From: a virus
Taxonomy: Duplodnaviria > Caudoviricetes
IMG/VR virus record: IMGVR_UViG_3300008448_006341
Span: 1 to 63,993 of that record
Direction: 5' to 3' (one strand)
Length of the DNA: 63,993 nucleotides
The position numbers were made by a program, and so were the translations under genes. Shown in pieces: positions 38,136-47,083 of this stretch. Below the pieces are notes generated by a model. The model was not told the origin of the DNA. It did not search any database and saw only the letters and a program-made list of their open reading frames with translations. Numbering within the stretch: position 1 is the first letter of the stretch; every line of letters begins with the position of its first letter.

Positions 38136-38452
38136 TGCTATTAGAAAAATCAAAATTTACAGACAGTGACGTAGTTAGTTTTAAACTGATCAACGGAGAT
38201 GAAATTATTGGCAAGTATGCCAAAGAAGACATGGTCAGCTACACTATTAATAGACCAGTCATGCTAGCAATGACTCCAAAAGGTCCAGCTATGGCTCCTA
38301 TTATGATGACAGTGAACCCTGACAAAGACTACACAATAAATAAATCAGCAGTGATGTTCAGCGGCGAAACTGTTAAAGAAATTGCTGAACAGTACATATT
38401 CCAGACCACAGGTATTCAACCTGTAAGTGCTGGCAGCATTGTAACAGGATAA
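38135..38452 (+). CDS. Small beta-rich (Sm-like?) phage protein
   Basis: VSFKLINGDEIIG. Confidence 0.65.
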   Translation: MLLEKSKFTDSDVVSFKLINGDEIIGKYAKEDMVSYTINRPVMLAMTPKGPAMAPIMMTVNPDKDYTINKSAVMFSGETVKEIAEQYIFQTTGIQPVSAGSIVTG

Positions 38453-38456
38453 TATT

Positions 38457-39110
38457 ATGGCAGTGACTTTTACCGCATCTCAAGCTATTTTAGCTGTACA
38501 AGCAACTGCTCTCGCAGCTGAAGCTACTACTGCGGGGTTAACAGCTCTTGCCACTGCCTTAACTAATTTATCTACAGAGATAACACAGACACTTACTGAA
38601 CAAGAATTTTTTGGTGGTGGCACAACTACCTATACAGCTGGCGGCGGCAGTGGAACTGATTATGATTCAGCAGCTCTAGTATGGACACAAACTTTAAACT
38701 CTGCGGCAAATATTATACAGTCAAGAAATTCTAATTTTATTAAAGCTTCTCTTTCTGCTATTGAAACAGACATTGATGCCGTTGCCACAGATATTGATAC
38801 TATGGCTGCTAATTCTACAATTATTAAAGATAAACAATCAGTCATAGCTGACAAGCAAACTGTAATAGCTGATAAAACTAGTTCAATTGAAACCTATCAA
38901 AAGAAACTCAAAGAGCTAGGCGAAACATCTGGCATACGAAGCAGAGGTCCTTTTGAAGCATGGGGTAATATTTCTACATACAAGTATCTAATTGAGCAGG
39001 CCAAGATACTTGACTCTGCAGACAATGCAACCCCAGAGAAACAAACACAGGCATTGGCCGCAGTTAAAAACTATACTGACGCTATTAACGGTAGGTTCAA
39101 GGAGTTCTAA
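38457..39110 (+). CDS. Helical hypothetical protein next to PAAR
   Basis: Ala/Thr-rich; 7-aa repeats IKDKQSV/IADKQTV/IADKTSS. Confidence 0.7.
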   Translation: MAVTFTASQAILAVQATALAAEATTAGLTALATALTNLSTEITQTLTEQEFFGGGTTTYTAGGGSGTDYDSAALVWTQTLNSAANIIQSRNSNFIKASLSAIETDIDAVATDIDTMAANSTIIKDKQSVIADKQTVIADKTSSIETYQKKLKELGETSGIRSRGPFEAWGNISTYKYLIEQAKILDSADNATPEKQTQALAAVKNYTDAINGRFKEF

Positions 39111-39415
39111 TGCCAGGCGTTGCAAGACAAGGCGATTCAACAACCACAGGACACGGATGTGATGGTTCTACAACAATCACAGGCCCTACTGGTGCAGGCG
39201 CCAAAGTCTTTGCCAACGGCATTCCAATAGAGTGCAAAGGTAACCCCACAGTAGTACATAGATATGGCGGCCGCAGATGCTCTGCACAGCATCAGGCTGC
39301 TATAAACGCAGGATCGCCAAATGTGTTTGTTGGCGGTGTAGCAGTGGCCAGGATAGGCGATTCCACAGACGGTGGCGCAATCAGTTCTGGATCAGGAAAT
39401 GTCATAGCCAATTGA
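39110..39415 (+). CDS. PAAR spike-tip protein
   Basis: PGVARQGD, VAVARIGD, GSPNVFVGG, SGSGNVIAN. Confidence 0.92.
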   Translation: MPGVARQGDSTTTGHGCDGSTTITGPTGAGAKVFANGIPIECKGNPTVVHRYGGRRCSAQHQAAINAGSPNVFVGGVAVARIGDSTDGGAISSGSGNVIAN

Positions 39416-39451
39416 CTTGACAAGTTCTCTTTTTTTCTATAATATTAGCAC

Positions 39452-39958
39452 ATGAACATCTATATTGATATGGACGACGTTGTCGCCGATTGGATGCCCG
39501 CCGCAAGGGCAATAGTTAATCGCAACTGGAATTATGGAGAACGTATTCCGGACAGTGATTGGAATAAGGTAAAAGCCAAAGAAAGATTCTATAGGCATTT
39601 GCCATTGAAGGAAGGCGCACATGATCTAGTTAACTGGTGCAGACTGTACCATGCTAGGACTAGATGCGGTCTTTTCTTTTTAACAGCACTACCACATGAC
39701 AATTCTATGCCCTGGGCGGCACAGGATAAAGTATGGTGGGCTAACGAACATTTCCCGGGAATACCTGTATTTTTTGGACCTTACAGCTATGATAAGTGGC
39801 AGCATTGTAAGAGTCCAAAAGACATACTTATAGATGATAGAACTAGCAACATTACAGAATGGACTAGAGCAGGAGGTAGGGGATTTCTTTACAGAAATTG
39901 GCCCGAATGTAAAATTTGGTTAGATAATATTTTAGCCGAAGATTTAGCTGATAATTAA
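39452..39958 (+). CDS. HAD 5'(3')-deoxyribonucleotidase
   Basis: YIDMDDVVAD, FLTA, LIDDR; sigma70-like TTGACA at 39417. Confidence 0.88.
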   Translation: MNIYIDMDDVVADWMPAARAIVNRNWNYGERIPDSDWNKVKAKERFYRHLPLKEGAHDLVNWCRLYHARTRCGLFFLTALPHDNSMPWAAQDKVWWANEHFPGIPVFFGPYSYDKWQHCKSPKDILIDDRTSNITEWTRAGGRGFLYRNWPECKIWLDNILAEDLADN

Positions 39959-39975
39959 AATACAAGGAGATTATT

Positions 39976-40170
39976 ATGGCAGCAAATAGATATACAGAAT
40001 TCGCAAAATTAGTAGAGGCAATGGAAGGTGACTTCGAAAAGTTCTACGACAAAGAAGTAGGTGCCGCTGGTACTCGTGTACGTAAACATTTGCAGGAACT
40101 TTCAAAGCTCTGCAAAGAAGTGCGTAACGATGTTACCGCAGTTAAGAACGCTCGCAAAGAAGCCAAATAA
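39976..40170 (+). CDS. Histone H1-like (Hc1-family) small protein
   Basis: AAGTRVRKHLQELSKLCKEVR; AAGGAG SD. Confidence 0.7.
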   Translation: MAANRYTEFAKLVEAMEGDFEKFYDKEVGAAGTRVRKHLQELSKLCKEVRNDVTAVKNARKEAK

Positions 40171-40185
40171 TGGAATAAATACTGT

Positions 40186-40572
40186 ATGGCATACAGTAAT
40201 CAAGTAATCGATCATTACGAAAATCCCCGCAACGTAGGGTCGTTTGAAAAAGGCGACCCTACAGTTGGCACAGGGATGGTCGGTGCACCTGCGTGTGGTG
40301 ATGTAATGAAACTACAAATAAAGGTCGATGATGATACAGGTATTATTACAGATGCAAAGTTTAAGACTTATGGTTGCGGAAGTGCTATTGCAAGTAGTTC
40401 ATTGGTTACTGAATGGCTTAAAGGCAAAACACTTGACCAAGCAGGACAAATTAAGAATAGTGAGATTGCAACAGAGCTTGCACTCCCTCCGGTCAAAATA
40501 CATTGTTCTATTCTAGCAGAAGATGCTATCAAAGCAGCCGTACATGATTATAAAGAAAGGCATGCCAAATAA
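40186..40572 (+). CDS. iscU: Fe-S scaffold IscU
   Basis: DHYENPRNVG, PACGDVM, GCGSAIAS, PVKIHCS. Confidence 0.97.
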   Translation: MAYSNQVIDHYENPRNVGSFEKGDPTVGTGMVGAPACGDVMKLQIKVDDDTGIITDAKFKTYGCGSAIASSSLVTEWLKGKTLDQAGQIKNSEIATELALPPVKIHCSILAEDAIKAAVHDYKERHAK

Positions 40573-41378
40573 TGAATGTGTTAATTGGCATAGGCGATAG
40601 CTGGACCTCAGGTATTGGTGGTATACCAGACTACGAAAAACCTGCTAATTATCCCGACGACCGAAATTATTTTTATTGGCATGGCGAAGACCTTGATAAA
40701 ATTCCAAATTATATTAATAAAGAATTAACATCGTCTTGGGTTAACAAATTAGCATCCAAGTTAAATGTTGTTCCTATTAATCTAGGAGTACCTGGATCAG
40801 GTAACAAAGGATCTATAAAATCGTTACATTTAAATGATATTGCATGGAATAATATAAATGGTGGCTACCTAATATACATGCTGTCAACAAGAATTAGATT
40901 TGATTTATTTGATCGTAGCGATATAGAAGAATTACAAAACTCACACCAACGACCATTCTATACAATTACTCTACCTGATGAAGAAGCAGACCCTGTATCA
41001 TATGAAAAACATACTTGGTGGTATAAAAACATTTATTCTGAATCAATAGCGAACAATACAACTATAATGAGTATTTTAGAAGCACAGCATGTATCAAAAT
41101 TAAAAAATTTAAAATTTTATTTTTGTTTTGCATTCGAAGATTGTAGTGAATTAATGAACACTAACAAACTTTCTTCAAAGATTGATTGGGATCGATGTCT
41201 CACAAAAAATACATCATTCTTAAAAATTTTAGCAGATCTTCAGAATACGCCCGACATCATAGAATACTATAATCAATTAAATAATTCTACTGAATATATT
41301 AGTAAATGTGGTCATCCTACTAGTAATGGATATAGTTACATAGCTGACTACATGTTTGATCAAATAATTGAAAAATGA
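40572..41378 (+). CDS. SGNH-like hydrolase
   Basis: GDSWT, NLGVPGSGN, GHPTSNG. Confidence 0.7.
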   Translation: MNVLIGIGDSWTSGIGGIPDYEKPANYPDDRNYFYWHGEDLDKIPNYINKELTSSWVNKLASKLNVVPINLGVPGSGNKGSIKSLHLNDIAWNNINGGYLIYMLSTRIRFDLFDRSDIEELQNSHQRPFYTITLPDEEADPVSYEKHTWWYKNIYSESIANNTTIMSILEAQHVSKLKNLKFYFCFAFEDCSELMNTNKLSSKIDWDRCLTKNTSFLKILADLQNTPDIIEYYNQLNNSTEYISKCGHPTSNGYSYIADYMFDQIIEK

Positions 41379-41701
41379 TTACCGTGACCAACACAGCGGC
41401 TAAAAAAGTCAAGCAAAACCTAGAACGCCGAGGTAAGGGTGTAGGTATACGATTGGGTGTAAGAACTACAGGATGCAGTGGGCTTGCTTACACACTAGAA
41501 TATGTTGACAGTTATACTGCTGAAGAAGGTATAACTAATTTTGCCCAACCAGATTTTGTAGTATTAGTTGATGCAAAGTCTCTAGCATACTTACAAGGAC
41601 TTACAGTTGATTGGGTTCGAAACGGACTCAATGAAGGATTTGAATTCCGCAATCCAAACGAACGTGATCGTTGCGGCTGCGGGGAAAGTTTTAGAGTATG
41701 A
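41375..41701 (+). CDS. iscA: A-type Fe-S carrier IscA
   Basis: TTGCSGLAY, CGCGESF. Confidence 0.95.
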   Translation: MITVTNTAAKKVKQNLERRGKGVGIRLGVRTTGCSGLAYTLEYVDSYTAEEGITNFAQPDFVVLVDAKSLAYLQGLTVDWVRNGLNEGFEFRNPNERDRCGCGESFRV

Positions 41702-42036
41702 CAAAGTATTGGGCAAGAGAAGATACACAATATTGGATAGCACAGCTAGAAAATCGTTTGGAAGATATAGATTATTATTTGAATCGCACAGTTGAATGGT
41801 GTGAAAACAACGGATACTGGGATCAAGAAAAAGTTTTCAGTTTGGCATTTGTTACAGTACTTTGGGTATGTCATATGCGAAACGAAGACGTAAGCCGACA
41901 GGAAATCTACGAACTTTTGGGTATAGAAGATTACTATAACTGTGAAGATCATGTGATGGAATTGGGCGATAAACTCAGTGGAATGGACTGGGAAGAGATG
42001 CTTTGTTTGGTTGCAGAAACTTTTTCAAAAGACTAG
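41698..42036 (+). CDS. Hypothetical phage protein
   Basis: ATGA-coupled acidic ORF. Confidence 0.65.
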   Translation: MTKYWAREDTQYWIAQLENRLEDIDYYLNRTVEWCENNGYWDQEKVFSLAFVTVLWVCHMRNEDVSRQEIYELLGIEDYYNCEDHVMELGDKLSGMDWEEMLCLVAETFSKD

Positions 42037-42092
42037 ACAAATTCCTAAAAAGAAGTTACAATACGAGCTGTGTTTAACTTTAGGAGTTTGAT

Positions 42093-42494
42093 TTGTCAAT
42101 GCATTTAGAAGGCCCGTGGCTCAGTACTACAGGCAAACGAAAAGGTAAACAAAAGTTTGCATCTGCTGATGCCAAACGAAAGAGTGAACAATTGGACAAA
42201 GAATGGAAAGAGCTTCAAAAACGTTGGGGTGTTGAAGCAGAAGAAAAGAAACGTGTTCGTGCATTGTCTGCACCTGCACTAGGTAGTTCGGGTTATTCTT
42301 TGAGAATTCCCGAAGGACGTAATACTACTGCTCATATCAAGAGCGTAGACACTGGTTTGGGCAATGCTGTATTAAAGCCAGCCAAACAGTATACCGGTAC
42401 CAAAGTTAAGGGTATCGCTACTATGCATAAATCTAATGCTGTACCTGTTTTTTCCGACGAAGAGGCAGTGGACATTAGTAAAATGCGTAGATAA
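42093..42494 (+). CDS. Basic hypothetical phage protein
   Basis: AGGAG SD; TAGACA-N17-TACAAT at 42034; GIATMHKSNAVPVF. Confidence 0.75.
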   Translation: MSMHLEGPWLSTTGKRKGKQKFASADAKRKSEQLDKEWKELQKRWGVEAEEKKRVRALSAPALGSSGYSLRIPEGRNTTAHIKSVDTGLGNAVLKPAKQYTGTKVKGIATMHKSNAVPVFSDEEAVDISKMRR

Positions 42495-42554
42495 TACTGA
42501 TGTAAATAAGTTGCTGATTCGTTGATCAGTTAATCCCGCGTAAAGGAGAAAGAA

Positions 42555-43088
42555 ATGATACGCTTTATAAAATTATTACTAATAGCCCTAGGATTAGCCA
42601 TTGTTGGCTTGATTGGCTACAAAGCTGTTATGTATAAACTTGATGCCAGTAGGCAGACAAGTTTTATAAAAGGAACCGCAGTTACCGCTGAAGTGCGTAA
42701 CAAACAATTAGAGTGTCTTGCTCGTAACATTTATTACGAAGCAGGCGGCGAGCCTTTTGAAGGTAAAGTTGCTGTGGCACAGGTTACTATTAACCGAGCC
42801 AACAGTGGAAAATTTCCCGAAGATATTTGTAGGGTGATTTATCAAAAGAATGTAGTCTACGACAAAGTAGTTTGCCAATTCAGTTGGTATTGTGAAAGCC
42901 CTAGTGGAATTAAACCACGCAATGCGGCTGTTTACAAAGAATCTGAAATTGTAGCACGACAGGTCCTTTTGGAGAACTTTAGATTGCCTAGTTTGAAAGA
43001 TGCATTGTACTTTCATGCTACGCATATAAACCCCAAATGGAACAAAGAAAAAGTAGCAGTTATTGGTGGTCATATTTTTTATAAATGA
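42555..43088 (+). CDS. SleB/Hydrolase_2 cell wall hydrolase with N-terminal anchor
   Basis: CLARNIYYEA, AVAQVTINR, CQFSW, IGGHIFY. Confidence 0.92.
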   Translation: MIRFIKLLLIALGLAIVGLIGYKAVMYKLDASRQTSFIKGTAVTAEVRNKQLECLARNIYYEAGGEPFEGKVAVAQVTINRANSGKFPEDICRVIYQKNVVYDKVVCQFSWYCESPSGIKPRNAAVYKESEIVARQVLLENFRLPSLKDALYFHATHINPKWNKEKVAVIGGHIFYK

Positions 43089-43099
43089 AAGAGGATTAT

Positions 43100-43420
43100 A
43101 TGCAAGTAAATTTGAGAGATCTAGTTAACATTCGTAAAATTATGGACAATATTCGCGAGAACATTGGTCATTTAAGTGCAGAAACTTTGGGCTGGGTAGC
43201 AGTAATTCTTATCCATTTAGCCACTATTCCTACTTTGGTTGCTGTACTTACTGGACTTACAGAAAAACTGCCCCCAGTTGACATTGTAGTATTGATGTGG
43301 TTGGGTCTTTTTATGTTCTTTGTACGCTCAGTTATTGCAAAAGACCTACTAAACATCATTACTATTGGGTTTGGCTTCTTTGTACAAGCGGTATTACTGG
43401 CCCTAATCGTTTTTAAATGA
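43100..43420 (+). CDS. Three-helix membrane protein (holin candidate)
   Basis: Hydrophobic segments; follows the cell wall hydrolase. Confidence 0.55.
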   Translation: MQVNLRDLVNIRKIMDNIRENIGHLSAETLGWVAVILIHLATIPTLVAVLTGLTEKLPPVDIVVLMWLGLFMFFVRSVIAKDLLNIITIGFGFFVQAVLLALIVFK

Positions 43421-43451
43421 ATAAATACTAGAACATTAAGGAACCTTTAAC

Positions 43452-44066
43452 ATGCCTTCAGGATTTCAACAAGACCTAAACCAACTATCGCCCGATTTTT
43501 ATCGTGTGGTAATTACCATGAACGGTGGAACAGCCGCATGGAATGCAGCCAGCCCAGCCAACGGTGCTTTGAACCCGTACAACTGGGACAGCTTTGCTAC
43601 TAAACCTAGTTCAGACGCCAACGGCGAAAGACTGGCTAGAGGTAATATGCGCTGGCAAGCCGTTATCGAAGAACTAACTAATCACGCTGATGCTCAAATC
43701 ATTGACGTAGAAGTTACTAGTGCAGGTAACACCGATGCAAACAATGTACCAACAGCTATTGCTTTCACAGTTAAATATGACAGAGATGAGTTTGTTCTAA
43801 CTGGAGCAACTGAAATTGCCGAAACATTTACTCCAACTACAGGTGGTGCAGTGACGATTGACTCTGTGGCCAAAGCTATTAGATTTTTAGTAGCCACTGC
43901 TATCACTCGCAACGCATACACTAAAAAATGGTGGACATGGGATTATACTAATCAAAGCGGTAAATTAGCTTCTATCACAATTAATCAACCAGATACACTA
44001 GCCGATGTGTTAGATGATGTTGCAGTACAAATACTAGACGGAACTGAGTTAGTATCCACTGTTTAA
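43452..44066 (+). CDS. Putative virion structural protein
   Basis: TAAATA and AAGGA upstream. Confidence 0.65.
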   Translation: MPSGFQQDLNQLSPDFYRVVITMNGGTAAWNAASPANGALNPYNWDSFATKPSSDANGERLARGNMRWQAVIEELTNHADAQIIDVEVTSAGNTDANNVPTAIAFTVKYDRDEFVLTGATEIAETFTPTTGGAVTIDSVAKAIRFLVATAITRNAYTKKWWTWDYTNQSGKLASITINQPDTLADVLDDVAVQILDGTELVSTV

Positions 44067-44073
44067 GGATAAA

Positions 44074-45207
44074 ATGATTTTAGCCTGGCTATTACTGCTT
44101 ACCGGCCTCACCATTTCAGCAGTCGCGATCTATTACTCTGTAATAGGTCTGGCTGCTATTTTTGCCGCTGCCACTATTCCCATCTACATTATGGGTGGCA
44201 GTTTGGAAGTGGCAAAGTTGGTCTGTGCTAGTTGGTTAAAAGCAAACTGGGACCGAGCACCCCTGTTCATGAAATCATACATGATTGCGGCAGTGGTGGT
44301 ACTTATGTTTATTACTAGCATGGGCATATTTGGTTTCTTATCAAAAGCTCATACTGATCAAAGTCTAGTTAGCGGTGATGTTCAAAGTAAGATTGCTATC
44401 TACGATGAAAAAATCAAAACTGCAAAAGACAATATTGACGCTAACCGCAAGCAACTTAAACAGATGGATGAAGCTGTCGACCAAGTCATGGCACGAAGTT
44501 CAGATGAAAAAGGTGCTGACAAATCAAACGCTATCCGCAGGTCGCAACAACGTGACCGTGCAAACATTGCCAAAGACATTGAAGCCAATCAGAAGCTTAT
44601 TGCTAAACTCAATGACGAAGCCGCACCAATTCGTGCAGAGGTGCGTAAAGTTGAAGCTGAAGTAGGCCCTATCAAATACATTGCTAAATTAGTTTACAGT
44701 GATGATCCAGATACCAACATGCTCGAAAAAGCAGTTACCTGGGTTATTATTCTTATTGTAGCAGTATTCGATCCATTGGCTGTTATCATGCTATTGGCTG
44801 CTCAAATGACCTTTGGTTGGTATAGAGAGCAAAAAGAACAAGGGAATAAACCCGATGCTTGGGTTGCTGATGTAGGTGAAAAACCCACTCAAGAAGAAAA
44901 AGACGACTTCTTACCAACCTATGAAGAAATAACTCCCAAAGAAGAACCTAAAGAGCCTGCTCCACATCATCCAGATACACACCCGTATCTTAAGCAAGGA
45001 TTCGCATATCCAGCAGACTGGGCATTTCATCCGCCTATTGTAGCTACTGATCCTGAAGAAGCTCAACAGCCATTGACAGTTGATACTACAGAAGTTAAAG
45101 TAGACGAACCTGCTTACAAAATACTACCCGAGTTAGAAGAAGAGTCAAAAAAAAAGACTTTCATGATCAAGGAAAACGGGGTACAGATAGTGAAGAACAA
45201 ACAATAA
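44074..45207 (+). CDS. Multi-pass membrane coiled-coil protein
   Basis: N-terminal TM helices, GIFGFLSKAH, EVGPIKYIA, VFDPLAV. Confidence 0.8.
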   Translation: MILAWLLLLTGLTISAVAIYYSVIGLAAIFAAATIPIYIMGGSLEVAKLVCASWLKANWDRAPLFMKSYMIAAVVVLMFITSMGIFGFLSKAHTDQSLVSGDVQSKIAIYDEKIKTAKDNIDANRKQLKQMDEAVDQVMARSSDEKGADKSNAIRRSQQRDRANIAKDIEANQKLIAKLNDEAAPIRAEVRKVEAEVGPIKYIAKLVYSDDPDTNMLEKAVTWVIILIVAVFDPLAVIMLLAAQMTFGWYREQKEQGNKPDAWVADVGEKPTQEEKDDFLPTYEEITPKEEPKEPAPHHPDTHPYLKQGFAYPADWAFHPPIVATDPEEAQQPLTVDTTEVKVDEPAYKILPELEEESKKKTFMIKENGVQIVKNKQ

Positions 45208-45467
45208 CTTACATTCAAAATGCTGAACAAAGCCCAGGCACACTTTGGAGTAGAATACTCAACAAGGATCAATTAAATCCATCGGACAGACTATATAAAG
45301 AGTACAGCGAACATGAATTTAAAGGATTGCTTGTTGACGAAACTGTAGAACCAGAGTTGGCAGAATTTGTAAAAAGAATACAAGAAAAAGGACCAAAGTT
45401 TAGTATCTACAATAAAGAACAGTTAGAATACTTTGCTCAAAGAATTTATGAACTTCGGAAAAATTAA
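45150..45467 (+). other. -1 frameshift site and 103-codon extension frame of ORF 44074
   Basis: A AAA AAG; -1 frame DFHDQG...YIQNAEQSPGTLWSRI...ELRKN* has no ATG and fills the gap to the next gene. Confidence 0.72.
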
Positions 45468-45864
45468 TCTTATTACTCCACCAGACACATTGTTTAATAA
45501 CAATCCAGGATACTTACTAGTTAAACCTAGCACCAAACTCAAAGTACAATTCCAAACTATATTAAGTGCAATTGACATTGATATCAATGTTTATGTATAT
45601 GATTCTGACGAAGCAGATATAGCATGGATGTTGAACGCAGCCAATAATGCAGACTTTATTATCATTGACATTGATAACTGTGACTCAATTACTAAAAATT
45701 TTGTGAGCTTGTTGTTAACTAATTCTAATACCTACTACATGACCAGTGATGAAATCACACCTTGGAGCCTGATAAGTAGAAATAGAATATATAATTTAGA
45801 CTGGATTTTAGAAGCCATTAAAACCATCGAGGAAGATGAAGAGGATGAAGATGAGAGAGAATAA
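45448..45864 (+). CDS. Hypothetical phage protein
   Basis: INLITPPD...; acidic tail. Confidence 0.7.
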   Translation: MNFGKINLITPPDTLFNNNPGYLLVKPSTKLKVQFQTILSAIDIDINVYVYDSDEADIAWMLNAANNADFIIIDIDNCDSITKNFVSLLLTNSNTYYMTSDEITPWSLISRNRIYNLDWILEAIKTIEEDEEDEDERE

Positions 45865-46093
45865 TACCCCAAGGTCATTTGGAACAACCGTTTATTTAAG
45901 AGACGGTGAAGACGTTAACAGAGCCCTGCGTAAATTTAAAAACAAAGTTGAAGACAGCGGTAAGCTTAAAGATCTCCAAAAGAAAGAGTTCTATGAAAAG
46001 CCAACTACTACTCGTAAACGCAAAGCCAGTGCTGCCAAAGCTCGTTGGCAGAAGAAGCTCAAAGACCAGCAATTACCTAAAAAATTCTATTGA
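45851..46093 (+). CDS. rpsU: Ribosomal protein bS21
   Basis: GEDVNRALRKFK, KEFYEKPTTTRKRK. Confidence 0.9.
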   Translation: MRENNTPRSFGTTVYLRDGEDVNRALRKFKNKVEDSGKLKDLQKKEFYEKPTTTRKRKASAAKARWQKKLKDQQLPKKFY

Positions 46094-46118
46094 CATTCTA
46101 TCTGTTATTTGCTATAAT
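46090..46118 (+). promoter_or_regulatory. Sigma70-type promoter
   Basis: TTGACA-N17-TATAAT. Confidence 0.85.
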
Positions 46119-46146
46119 ATAAGTTCTTAATTTTAGAAAGAACATA

Positions 46147-46734
46147 ATGGCAAAAACAGATATAATGATCGATTTAGAAACATTGGCAACATCTCCAGAT
46201 GCTGCCATTCTTACGATCGGCGCAGTAAAATTTGATCCGTTTGGTGATGATATCAACGAGCCAAATTGCGACAAGTTTTACGTTAAAGTTGACCTTGACA
46301 GTTGTGATCGAATTGGGCTAGTAACACACGATGATACTATTGCTTGGTGGGCCAATCAAAGCAAAGAAGCACAAGAAGAAGCATTTAGTCCAGATAACAG
46401 AATTGACATTGTTGATGCTATGAATCAACTGTACAAATTTTGCTGGGGTGCTAAACGTGTATGGTCACATGGTGCAAGTTTTGACGTAGTGATATGTGAA
46501 CATATCTTTGGCAAGATTCAAAAAGCAGTTCCTTGGAAATTCTGGGAAGTCCGCTGTACACGTACTCTTTTTGATATTGGTATTAATCCTGAACGTCCTC
46601 CTGTGTTAAAACATCACGCATTGGAAGATGCTTGGAATCAAGCAGTTGGAGTACAACATGTATTCCAAAAATTAAGAGGATCGACACAGTATGACGGAAA
46701 AATGATTCAGCCGTTTGCTAGAGAAGGAAGATAA
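46147..46734 (+). CDS. DEDDh 3'-5' exonuclease
   Basis: MIDLETL, GASFD, HHALEDA. Confidence 0.88.
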   Translation: MAKTDIMIDLETLATSPDAAILTIGAVKFDPFGDDINEPNCDKFYVKVDLDSCDRIGLVTHDDTIAWWANQSKEAQEEAFSPDNRIDIVDAMNQLYKFCWGAKRVWSHGASFDVVICEHIFGKIQKAVPWKFWEVRCTRTLFDIGINPERPPVLKHHALEDAWNQAVGVQHVFQKLRGSTQYDGKMIQPFAREGR

Positions 46735-46735
46735 C

Positions 46736-47020
46736 ATGGACAGTCAAACAAAAGAAGTAATGGATATTCTGCAAGAAGAATGTGCAGAAGTAATTCAAGC
46801 AGTAAGTAAAATTAGTCGCTTTGGACTTGATAACTACAAGCCTGGAAAACCTAAAACTAATCGTGAGCACCTAGAAGAAGAACTAGGTGACATGTTGGCT
46901 ATGATCGATATTTTGCATAGTATGGATATTGTCAGCTATGCTAATATTGAACGAGCACAGGCTGCTAAAATAGAAAAACTTAAAAAATGGTCAAATATTC
47001 AAAATTTAGAGAATATCTGA
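46736..47020 (+). CDS. MazG-like NTP pyrophosphohydrolase
   Basis: QEECAEVIQ ... LEEELGD. Confidence 0.8.
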   Translation: MDSQTKEVMDILQEECAEVIQAVSKISRFGLDNYKPGKPKTNREHLEEELGDMLAMIDILHSMDIVSYANIERAQAAKIEKLKKWSNIQNLENI

Positions 47021-47032
47021 TATAAATAAATT

Positions 47033-47079
47033 TGTAGAGCGCCGTAAGGGCCTACATATTCTTGCTTAATTAAGGAGAA
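47033..47079 (+). promoter_or_regulatory. ROSE-like RNA thermometer in the dnaK leader
   Basis: 5' hairpin, then TTCTTGCTT pairing with AAGGAGAA with bulged G; TATAAATA at 47021. Confidence 0.6.
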
Positions 47080-47083
47080 AATT

